Shown piece by piece: positions 15,640-24,217 of a stretch of 53,717 nt of DNA. This DNA comes from a virus. Taxonomy: Duplodnaviria > Caudoviricetes. The first letter of the stretch is position 1. Each line of letters opens with the position of its first letter. The notes under the pieces were generated by a model that was not told the DNA's origin, did no database searches, and worked only from the letters and a program-made list of their open reading frames with translations. The stretch is from positions 1 through 53,717 of IMG/VR virus record IMGVR_UViG_3300012942_000055; one strand, 5' to 3'. Both the position numbers and the translations under genes were made by a program.

Positions 15640-17622
15640 GTGGCAGAATTAGTTAGGATTTCCAGGGAAAATTCAGATTCCCTCGTTCTACGTGACGGAA
15701 GAAAGTATTTCGTCTATAGCGAAGGCAAAGTTTCAGCCTTCTCGACCCTACGTTCTGCCACCTCCCTCGGCACATGGCGCGTTCCGTCTGCCGGAGAAAA
15801 AGAAGGCTTTAATCTAGAAATGGCAAACAAAGCAATTAATAAGGCTGCGGCAGAGAAAACATATCGAGTACCAGCAGCAATTCAGCAAACACTGAGCAAT
15901 TCCATCACGGCAGGGTCTTTCATTGATCCTCACGATGTAGCACACGCAAGTGCACTTGCCTCAGGCAAGCCAGTAACTTTCGCAGCAATCAACTGGTTGA
16001 AGAACTATTTCGACACAACCAATAGAGAATTTGCTATTCGCGGAGGCGAAGCGGCACAGGCTTGGGCAGATAAGTTCGAGGCACCAATTACAGCCGCAGG
16101 ATTTGTTGCTCAAGACGACATGGAATATTTTGGTGTCGGACCTGACCCACAAAATCCATCCCAAGTTGAGCGTCTAGTGGCAACTGATCCAGACGACAAC
16201 GTATACATCTGGACAAACGGAGACTTTGCAGTTTCTCCGAACTCCATTGATGAACTAGACTTCCCATCGGTTATTTCCATCTCCCCAGACGATGCTAAGG
16301 CACTTTCTGATTGGATTGATGACCCAAACCATGATGGTGATTTGTTCGAACTACAGGACACCGACCCAGAAGAGCGTAATCTTGTCACTCTCGCATACTC
16401 AGAAATTGACTGGGAAGAGATTGACCGCCTAGAGATGGCCTCTAATGCAATTAACTACACTCCTGAGGAACGTAGTGAAAATGCAGGACGCCAGCAACGC
16501 TCTAATGACGGCAAGTTTGGTGGGCCACAAGTTCCTAAGGGTACGTCACTCAACTCGGCCATGAAGGCACGTCTCGCTGAGGCACTTGATCTTGTAGAGA
16601 ACCCGGCAGAGCGCATTGCACAGTACATTGCTTCCCTCACTGAGCAGCCTCCTACCCCCGAGCCACAAGACAGCGCCGCACCTGCACCAACAACAGCAGG
16701 TGGATTCTCCGCAGAGTTCCTAGCAAAATTAGATAAGTTTGCAGTAACGGACGCTCCCACAGAAGACGCAGCACCAGCGCCGGAAGAAACACCAGAAAAT
16801 ACTCCTGATGCTCCGCTTTATTTCGCCAAGGTAGACCCAACAGACCACACCGCAGTTCTCGACGTAATTGCCATCGTTAATGACAATGGTGTTGCAACTG
16901 CTTGGAAGCGTTCTGGTGGGACTTGGGTCGCTGCCCCAGATGACCTAGCGGACCTAGAGGGATCAACACCTCCACCAGTTGTAGAACTTTCAAATGATGA
17001 CACAACAAAGGCAGTGCTAGCACAAGTTGATCAGTTTGATTCTTCCTCACAAAGTGATGCAGAGAATCCTGACAATGAGTCTACTATTACGGCATCTGCC
17101 GCAGAACTTACAGACTACTCTAAGAAGCAGCGTGAGCACGATTCCAAGAAGGGAATCGCACTTCCAGATGGTTCCTTCCCAATCCGAAACGTCACTGATC
17201 TAAAGAACGCAGTGAAAGCATTCGGGCGCACAACAGACGCCAAGAAGGCAGAAGTAAAAAAGCACATCAAAAAACGTGCTCGTGCCCTCAACCGTAATGA
17301 CCTCATCCCCGAGGACTGGAAAACCGCATCAATATTCGATGATAGCCACCTATCCCCGCTCTACGGCGAATATGGTGAAGTTATCGCAATGGTTGCTGCT
17401 GCACCGGGCCGAGGTAATGAAGAAGCCTTGCGCCGCTATTGGACAGTTGGAAAGGGCGCAGCAAAGATTCGCTGGGGCACCAAGGGAGACCTTACTCGTT
17501 GCCACCGTCACCTAGAAAAGTACATTCCAGGAAGAAGTTGGGGATTCTGCCAGAATCTTCACGAGCGAGTATTTGGCATGCCAAACGCCACACATGACAA
17601 ACTAACAGGACAAGATAAGTAA
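15640..17622 (+). CDS. Multidomain head-module protein (660 aa) including a DUF6582-like domain
   Basis: GGAG SD + GTG start; DGSFPIRNVTDLKNAVKAFGR..HIKKRARAL domain; C-terminal LRRYWTVGKGAAKIRWG..C..C module. Confidence 0.8.
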   Translation: MAELVRISRENSDSLVLRDGRKYFVYSEGKVSAFSTLRSATSLGTWRVPSAGEKEGFNLEMANKAINKAAAEKTYRVPAAIQQTLSNSITAGSFIDPHDVAHASALASGKPVTFAAINWLKNYFDTTNREFAIRGGEAAQAWADKFEAPITAAGFVAQDDMEYFGVGPDPQNPSQVERLVATDPDDNVYIWTNGDFAVSPNSIDELDFPSVISISPDDAKALSDWIDDPNHDGDLFELQDTDPEERNLVTLAYSEIDWEEIDRLEMASNAINYTPEERSENAGRQQRSNDGKFGGPQVPKGTSLNSAMKARLAEALDLVENPAERIAQYIASLTEQPPTPEPQDSAAPAPTTAGGFSAEFLAKLDKFAVTDAPTEDAAPAPEETPENTPDAPLYFAKVDPTDHTAVLDVIAIVNDNGVATAWKRSGGTWVAAPDDLADLEGSTPPPVVELSNDDTTKAVLAQVDQFDSSSQSDAENPDNESTITASAAELTDYSKKQREHDSKKGIALPDGSFPIRNVTDLKNAVKAFGRTTDAKKAEVKKHIKKRARALNRNDLIPEDWKTASIFDDSHLSPLYGEYGEVIAMVAAAPGRGNEEALRRYWTVGKGAAKIRWGTKGDLTRCHRHLEKYIPGRSWGFCQNLHERVFGMPNATHDKLTGQDK

Positions 17623-19250
17623 TGAAAATACCTTCACGCAAAGAAATTAGGCCGGTAGACCCTGAGGTGGTCATTGCCTCTGCCGCGTCTGCCGCAAAGG
17701 CACTTGTTGCCTGCGGTGACGGATTTGAAATCACTTCCCCAGCAGACGCATCAGGCGGAGCATCTTTCCGCATCCCTGTCCTCATTCCTGAGGAAACAGA
17801 GACAGGAGATTCCCGAGAATTTGAGTTCGGTGCAATCACTTCTCGTGACCTCCCACTTCCACTTTACTGGCAGGTATTCACGGCAGAAGGACACAACGGT
17901 TCCGTTATCGTTGGTCGTATTGACTATGTAGAGCGCCTTGGCGGTCCTGAGACTGCGCCTTTGCCAATTGATGAGGGTACAGTGGCAGACGTATTAGACT
18001 CGGCTGCGGATACAGAAGAATCTGATGATCTTCTTCCACACGAATCTCCTATGTCCGGCTGGGGAAATGCTTACGGTGTATTTGACACTGGTGTATACGG
18101 TCGTGAGGCAGAGCGTCTTGTTCGCGGAGGATTCCTACGTGGAGTTTCCGCAGACCTTGACAAATTCGAGGCCGCTGTCCGTCCATCTATCGCAGACACA
18201 GAACTTGCGACTGACGATAATGAAGATGACAAGTCAGATGACGAGCACAAGATCAAGAATGACAAGATTGTTGTCACTCAGGCTCGTATCATGGGAGCAA
18301 CACTAGTCGGAAAACCAGCATTCCAAGAATGTACCATTGAAATTGTTGATACCCCATACGAAGAAGAATTACCAATCGAGGATGGTATGTACGAAGAAGC
18401 AGTAGATGACGACGATCTATATGAGGCATCTTTGGTCGCCAGTGCGGCTCCTGATGTTCCTCCACGTGATTGGTTCAAGAACCCAGGTCTTAAGGCTCCA
18501 ACTCCAATTACCGTAACGGATGATGGTCAAGTATTCGGCCACATTGCCGCTTGGCACGTAGACCACATTGGTCTACCACGTAACACAAAGCCACCACGTT
18601 CCTACTCTAACTACGCATACTTCCGTACGGGAGTTTTGCGTACAGATGATGGTACAGACGTTCCTGTTGGGCAACTCACGTTGGCCGGAGGACACGCAGG
18701 AATGGCTCTGTCAGCCCAGGCAGCCGTCAAGCACTACGACGACACAGCCTCGGCTATCGCGGACGTGGCAGCCGGTGAGGACGCCCACGGCATCTGGGTA
18801 GCAGGAGCACTACGCTCCACTGCTACAGCGGCACAGGTACGTGCTCTTCGTGCAAGTGCTCCATCAGGTGACTGGCGACCAATTAACGGTAGACTAGAAC
18901 TTGTTGCTGTATGTCAGGTTAACGTTCCAGGATTCCCAGTTGCACGTGCAATGGTCGCAGGAGGACAGGTCATGGCTCTCGTGGCAGCAGGTGCTAAGCC
19001 TCTTGCAGAGATTCGTGAATCTCGCCTCAGCACCCTAGAATCTCGTCTCGATAATCTAGAAGCGAAAGAACTAGAAGCAATCCGTGCAAGTGCACTTGAG
19101 GCTCTTGCTCCGCTTAAGACACAGCACGACACAGAATTGACTGCTAAAGCGGACAAGGCAAAGGAAGCAATTTTTGCCCTACGCGAATCACAGAATGCAG
19201 AGTTGCAGGCTCAAGCAGCAAAGGCCCGAGCAATCCTGCTCGGTGAGTAA
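17622..19250 (+). CDS. Capsid maturation (prohead) protease
   Basis: Directly before the capsid gene; GH..S.IVGRID, LRGVSADLD and GATLVGKPAF fit the HK97-type protease pattern; second domain with GHIAAW and SGDWR; C-terminal coiled coil. Confidence 0.75.
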   Translation: MKIPSRKEIRPVDPEVVIASAASAAKALVACGDGFEITSPADASGGASFRIPVLIPEETETGDSREFEFGAITSRDLPLPLYWQVFTAEGHNGSVIVGRIDYVERLGGPETAPLPIDEGTVADVLDSAADTEESDDLLPHESPMSGWGNAYGVFDTGVYGREAERLVRGGFLRGVSADLDKFEAAVRPSIADTELATDDNEDDKSDDEHKIKNDKIVVTQARIMGATLVGKPAFQECTIEIVDTPYEEELPIEDGMYEEAVDDDDLYEASLVASAAPDVPPRDWFKNPGLKAPTPITVTDDGQVFGHIAAWHVDHIGLPRNTKPPRSYSNYAYFRTGVLRTDDGTDVPVGQLTLAGGHAGMALSAQAAVKHYDDTASAIADVAAGEDAHGIWVAGALRSTATAAQVRALRASAPSGDWRPINGRLELVAVCQVNVPGFPVARAMVAGGQVMALVAAGAKPLAEIRESRLSTLESRLDNLEAKELEAIRASALEALAPLKTQHDTELTAKADKAKEAIFALRESQNAELQAQAAKARAILLGE

Positions 19251-19257
19251 AAGACGG

Positions 19258-19289
19258 TCGGCCCTCTCAAAAGGGGGGCCGATTTTCTT
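19258..19289 (+). terminator. Rho-independent terminator
   Basis: Stem TCGGCCCTCT / GGGGGGCCGA (two G-U pairs) followed by TTTTCTTT. Confidence 0.75.
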
Positions 19290-19324
19290 TGCCTAAAACA
19301 AACACACCTACACCTTTAATTGTT

Positions 19325-19335
19325 TGTGATATACT
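19325..19335 (+). promoter_or_regulatory. Extended -10-like element TGTGA-TATACT upstream of the major capsid gene
   Basis: Same TGTnn-TATACT pattern at 4254, 5948 and 15595. Confidence 0.55.
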
Positions 19336-19458
19336 ACTACCTGAGCGCCTGCCGAAGTTCGTTCCCAGCCCCTCATCTTTAATGACGTATGATACCTGAG
19401 CAAAAGGCTCATAACAACCTTATGTGGTTGTTTATCATTGACCCATTAGGAGGGCACT

Positions 19459-21495
19459 GTGGATCGCATCAACGCTATGCTAGATCGTATTGGCGAACTA
19501 AGTGTTGACGAACTAAACGAACTTCGAGACGCAATTGTCACGGAATTCGAAACCGTTTCCAAAGAAGACCTAACTCGTGAGGTCGCTGATCAGATGACTA
19601 CTCTAGGAAATGCCGCTCAGGCAATCCGCGACGAGCAGTCACGTCGTGAGTCCGAAGCCGCTGACCTAGCCGCTGCACGTGATGCAGCCGCAGCACTCGT
19701 GGCCGGAGATGCATCAGAAGAAGCATCAGACGACTCGCCAGAAGAGGCAGAGGCAGCCGTTGCTACTGACGCCCCTGTAGATGACAACTCTGACGAAGAG
19801 GGCACATCTACTGACGACTCGACCGAAGAGGATGACGACCCTGCCGTAATTGCAGCCAAGAAAAAGAAGGTTGTAGTGGCAGAAGGCGACCCATCTGTAG
19901 CGTCCGTTACAGAGGAAACAGTTACCGAGGAAGTAGCCCCAGAGGCAGAACTTTCCGCAGAAACACCTGTAGAGGCAGAACTTTCAACTGCCGAAGGAAC
20001 ACAGGACGTTTACGACGCCGCTGAGCACCGTGAAGCAAAGGCCGAAGAGCCAGAAGTTTCAGAAGAGGTTGTTGAGCCAGTCGTAGAAGACAGTGCAGAA
20101 GATGCACAATCAGAAGAAACCCCAGACTCGGAGGAAGTAGCAGACGACTCCGAGGTTACTGATTCAAAGGATGACTCGGAGGAAGAAACCGTGACCGCTG
20201 CTGCTAACACAAATGGACTTGAAATTGAAGTTCCTGAGGACCGTCGCGTAGACGCCAAAGAGGTAACTGTTGCACCTGTTACAATTACAGCCGGTGCTGA
20301 CATTCCTGGTGTCTCTGCTGGTTCAGAACTTCCAAACCTACGTGCCGTTGCCCAGGCAATTATTGACCGCAAAAAGGGTATGGGACGTACATCTGGTGGA
20401 GACGGTGAACAGCACACAGTTGCTACATTCACCACACGCTTCCCAGAGAACCGTACACTCGTTTCAAACGACTATGAGGGTAACTCAAAGAAGGTTGAAG
20501 ACGTTATCGCACCTGAGGCACTTGTTGCTGCTGGTGGACTCTGCGCACCTGTAGAGGTATCTTACGACATTTTCGGTCTTGGTGAACTTGGCCGTCCAGT
20601 TCGTGACTCCCTCGCAGTATTCTCCGCAGACCGTGGCGGTATCCGCTTCGTAACCCCTCCAACCCTTTCTGACCTTAACGGTGCAGTTTCGCTTTGGACT
20701 CTACAGGACGACATTGACGCTGCAACAGAAGGTGCACCAGACCCAGTTAAGCCATGTATCCGAGTTGCTTGCGGTACTGAGGTTGTTGTCTACACAGACG
20801 CAATCCCACTCTGCTTGACCTTCGGTAACCTTGGTGCACGTACCTACCCAGAACTCGTAGAGCGTCACACCAAGTTGGGTATGATTTCCCACGCACGTTA
20901 CGCTGAGACTCGTCTTCTCACCCGTATCGGCTCCCTCTCCACCGCAGTTACTTCTGACAAGAAACTCGGTGCAGCACGCGACGTTCTCGTTGCTGTTGAC
21001 CAGGCCGCAGCCGCATACCGTAACCGCTACCGTATGAACCCTAACGAGAACCTACGTGTTATCTTCCCAGAATGGTTCAAGAATGCTCTCCGCGCTGACC
21101 TCGTTCGCCAACTCCCAGGAGACGGCCAGGACGTTGCGTTCAACCTCGCAGAGAACACAATTACCTCTTGGTTTGCTGCACGTAACATCAACGTTACATG
21201 GAGCCTTGATGGTGAGACCGGCCAAATTGCTGGAACTCAGGCATCCGGAGCACTAAACTCCTTCCCATCAACTGTTATCTGGTACCTCTTCGCTGAGGGA
21301 ACCTTCCTCTTCCTTGACGGTGGAACGCTTGACCTCGGTCTTGTCCGTGACTCCACCCTCAACGGCACCAACGACTACAAGATTTTCTTGGAGACATTCG
21401 AAGGTGTTGCCAAGGTTGGTATCGAATCACTACGTATTACTACACCTGTAGCAATCGCTGGTGCTTCTGCCGCAACTGTTAACACACTTTCCTGA
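19459..21495 (+). CDS. Major capsid (hexamer-type) protein with N-terminal coiled-coil/acidic scaffold region
   Basis: AGGAGG SD + GTG; acidic N-terminal ~245 aa; LVAAGGLCAP...LDGGTLDLGLVRDSTLNGTNDYKIFLETFEG resembles cluster-B-like actinophage capsid proteins. Confidence 0.85.
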   Translation: MDRINAMLDRIGELSVDELNELRDAIVTEFETVSKEDLTREVADQMTTLGNAAQAIRDEQSRRESEAADLAAARDAAAALVAGDASEEASDDSPEEAEAAVATDAPVDDNSDEEGTSTDDSTEEDDDPAVIAAKKKKVVVAEGDPSVASVTEETVTEEVAPEAELSAETPVEAELSTAEGTQDVYDAAEHREAKAEEPEVSEEVVEPVVEDSAEDAQSEETPDSEEVADDSEVTDSKDDSEEETVTAAANTNGLEIEVPEDRRVDAKEVTVAPVTITAGADIPGVSAGSELPNLRAVAQAIIDRKKGMGRTSGGDGEQHTVATFTTRFPENRTLVSNDYEGNSKKVEDVIAPEALVAAGGLCAPVEVSYDIFGLGELGRPVRDSLAVFSADRGGIRFVTPPTLSDLNGAVSLWTLQDDIDAATEGAPDPVKPCIRVACGTEVVVYTDAIPLCLTFGNLGARTYPELVERHTKLGMISHARYAETRLLTRIGSLSTAVTSDKKLGAARDVLVAVDQAAAAYRNRYRMNPNENLRVIFPEWFKNALRADLVRQLPGDGQDVAFNLAENTITSWFAARNINVTWSLDGETGQIAGTQASGALNSFPSTVIWYLFAEGTFLFLDGGTLDLGLVRDSTLNGTNDYKIFLETFEGVAKVGIESLRITTPVAIAGASAATVNTLS

Positions 21496-21546
21496 TCAAC
21501 CGATTAGTGAAGTTGCCGGATTTAGTTAGTCTAGAAAGGATAGGTT

Positions 21547-22425
21547 ATGGTTTACATTCAGGATAATACCAGTGCTGAGCCAGCACCTTATGGATTGCTA
21601 AGTCCGGCAACCACGGTCGTCCACGACCACACTGATCACTGGGCCGGTGGGTTCGACTACCAAACTGATGATTGCGGAGTAGAGGTTACACTTCTTGGAA
21701 CGTGTAGTTCCTCCGTCTCTGCGACAGCAGTTGAGGATAACGGTTCTCCGATATTCCGCTCGTACATTCCATTCGAAGTTCAAGTGGCTGTTAAGTGTTC
21801 TACAATGGGCACAACACCAGAGGAACAAGAAAAAAGAGCACGTGATGCTCTCAAGGCATGTGCACAGAAGGCAATCGAATTCGAATTTTGGACAGGCACA
21901 CTGGCGAAAGTTGCTGCGGCTGATCCAAGTTGGGATGTTGATACCAAAGGAGCATACCCTAATCGCTACCTAGCGTCAAGCGATGCTCTCGACGTAACAC
22001 CAACCCCCGGAACCGGAGTCAAGTCAAAGCAGGGTCTCGCTCTTCTTGAGCAGGCACTAGCAGACTGTGGCTGCGGAATCCAAGGAACCATCCACGCACC
22101 GCGTGATGTAGCAAGTGCACTAGGCATTAAGCCAAAGGATGACAGGATTTATACAAATCTTGGAAACCTCGTGGTTGCCGGAGCAGGCTACTCGAATACC
22201 GGACCTGACGGCACACCTGCCGGTGCAGGGAAAAAGTGGATGTATGCAACTGGACCAGTAACAGTGCGTCTAGGCGATCCAATGGTTGTGCCGGACAAGC
22301 AATCGCAAGCAGTTGACATTCAGAAAAACACCATCGTGTACAGGGCGTCACAGCCAGCAGCAGTTACATGGAATTCTTGCTGCCACGCCGCTGTACTAGT
22401 CGATCTAGCACTCGACTATTCATAA
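21547..22425 (+). CDS. Second capsid protein, probable major capsid pentamer protein
   Basis: Directly after the capsid gene; PYGLLS..HWAGG..PFEV..WMYATGPVTV..CCHAAV pattern. Confidence 0.65.
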   Translation: MVYIQDNTSAEPAPYGLLSPATTVVHDHTDHWAGGFDYQTDDCGVEVTLLGTCSSSVSATAVEDNGSPIFRSYIPFEVQVAVKCSTMGTTPEEQEKRARDALKACAQKAIEFEFWTGTLAKVAAADPSWDVDTKGAYPNRYLASSDALDVTPTPGTGVKSKQGLALLEQALADCGCGIQGTIHAPRDVASALGIKPKDDRIYTNLGNLVVAGAGYSNTGPDGTPAGAGKKWMYATGPVTVRLGDPMVVPDKQSQAVDIQKNTIVYRASQPAAVTWNSCCHAAVLVDLALDYS

Positions 22426-22449
22426 GCCACAGGAAACTAGGAGATACAA

Positions 22450-23088
22450 ATGGCTCAGGATTACGCAGCATCTATTGCAGGTGTAGCGCTCCGCGTAACT
22501 CGTCTTAACGCCGATGGCACCACAGCCACAGGCGCAAAGTCGTCTTACGTCATGTCCTCCTTCATCTCGGTATCGTTCACCCCTGAGTACGAAGAAGGCG
22601 ACGAGTTCACACAAAAGGACGCCAACGGTGTTGTTTGTGTAGACTACAAAGCCCCTGACACACTCAAGCGTGTAACACTCGAACTGGCTGTCTGCAACCC
22701 AGACCCAGAACTTACCGAGTTGATTGCTGGTGGTACCGTTCTTACGGATGGTTTAGACAACGTGGTCGGTTATGCCGCACCTCTTGTTGGTACTGACCCT
22801 AACCCTAACGGTGCTTCCCTTGAGGTCTGGTCTCGCGCTATCCAAAACGGAAAGAATGCACCAGTTAACCCATACTTCAAGTGGGTATTCCCATACGTTG
22901 TTCTCACACCATCGGGTGACCGTGTTATTGAGAACGGCCTCATGGCTCAGACCTTCTCAGGTTGGGGCCTTGGAAACGCAGCGTTCGATGACGGACCTGC
23001 AAACGACTGGGACTTCCCAGCCGACCGCCCATACGCTTACGCACGTGTTGCTACAGCACCTTCGGGCAACGGTTGGGTCACTCCTTGA
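22450..23088 (+). CDS. Major tail (tube) protein
   Basis: 212 aa, strong AGGAG SD; LRVTRL..EGDEFTQKDANG.VC..CNPDPEL pattern; followed by a terminator. Confidence 0.75.
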   Translation: MAQDYAASIAGVALRVTRLNADGTTATGAKSSYVMSSFISVSFTPEYEEGDEFTQKDANGVVCVDYKAPDTLKRVTLELAVCNPDPELTELIAGGTVLTDGLDNVVGYAAPLVGTDPNPNGASLEVWSRAIQNGKNAPVNPYFKWVFPYVVLTPSGDRVIENGLMAQTFSGWGLGNAAFDDGPANDWDFPADRPYAYARVATAPSGNGWVTP

Positions 23089-23103
23089 TCTTAACCTAAT
23101 AAT

Positions 23104-23134
23104 AGGGGACTTTGCATACGCAAGGTCCCCTTTT
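23104..23134 (+). terminator. Rho-independent terminator
   Basis: AGGGGACTTTGC-ATAC-GCAAGGTCCCCT followed by TTT. Confidence 0.8.
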
Positions 23135-23170
23135 ATGTTAGAATAGTAATAATTAGGATAGGAGACTTTC

Positions 23171-23752
23171 GTGCCAGACATTCCAAGCCCGCTAACGTCG
23201 GGAAAGATTGTCGGTAACTTTAACATTCTGTCCGCAGATTCAGATGATGCCGGTAGTGAGCCAGACCTCCTGCCAGTACAAGGAACTGCGACAGTAGCGT
23301 TGCACGTTTCTCCTGTGCAAGTTCTAGGCGATACTTACACAACTATTTCGGTAAATACCCCGATCAATTGCACAATTGTTGACGGCGTGCTCACTGGCCC
23401 TGACGGAGAGCCAGGTGTTATCGTTATTGCTTCCGATTCCCCAGGAATCTCACCTTCTCCTATTCAGTGGGACGTTCGAGTAAATATAGTAGGAGCCAAC
23501 CCGCAACCTGCACCAATTACTGTAACTGTTCCTACCGGGGAAACCGTAGACCTTGCAACAATAGTTCCTAATTCTTATGTAGGCTCCGTCGTGACAGTGG
23601 TATCTCACGAGGACGCAGTTGCAGCGCAAGAGGCTGCACAGCAAGCGCAAGAAGCGCTTAATGAAATCATATCTAGAGGATATATTAACGCCGTCTTTAA
23701 TCCTGATGACATTAGTGATCTTCCAGATGGAACATTTATTATCCGAACCTAG
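23171..23752 (+). CDS. Virion structural/accessory protein
   Basis: AGGAG SD, beta-rich, within the structural module. Confidence 0.65.
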   Translation: MPDIPSPLTSGKIVGNFNILSADSDDAGSEPDLLPVQGTATVALHVSPVQVLGDTYTTISVNTPINCTIVDGVLTGPDGEPGVIVIASDSPGISPSPIQWDVRVNIVGANPQPAPITVTVPTGETVDLATIVPNSYVGSVVTVVSHEDAVAAQEAAQQAQEALNEIISRGYINAVFNPDDISDLPDGTFIIRT

Positions 23753-23760
23753 GAGATATA

Positions 23761-24195
23761 ATGGCAGTCACCGCCAAACTTTACGGACTAGCACAACAGT
23801 CCATTTTGAGCAAGGAAATTAATTGGAGTTCCGATACCATCAAGGTAATGCTCACCACTTCCGCATACGTCCCAAATCAGGACACACATCGTTACAAGTC
23901 TGCTGTAACTAATGAAGTAACCGGAACCGGCTACACAGCCGGAGGTGCCACACTAGCATCCAAGACAATAAACTATGACACATCGTCCAACACTTTGACA
24001 CTTGACGCAGCAGACGTTACTTGGCCTTCATCTACAATTACTGCTCGCTACGCTGTAATCTATGACTCAACTGGCACTGATGAAACCAGTGCACTTATCG
24101 CATATGTCGATTTTGGTGCCGATGTTGTTTCCACTAACGGTGATTTTACTTTGTCCTGGAACGCAAGCGGTATTGTTACCCTAGCAACTCCTTGA
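23761..24195 (+). CDS. Virion structural protein (DTIKVML..PNQDTH type)
   Basis: AGGAG SD; Thr/Ser-rich beta protein typical of phage structural modules. Confidence 0.7.
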   Translation: MAVTAKLYGLAQQSILSKEINWSSDTIKVMLTTSAYVPNQDTHRYKSAVTNEVTGTGYTAGGATLASKTINYDTSSNTLTLDAADVTWPSSTITARYAVIYDSTGTDETSALIAYVDFGADVVSTNGDFTLSWNASGIVTLATP

Positions 24196-24217
24196 TTTTT
24201 CGTAGAAAGATATTAAT

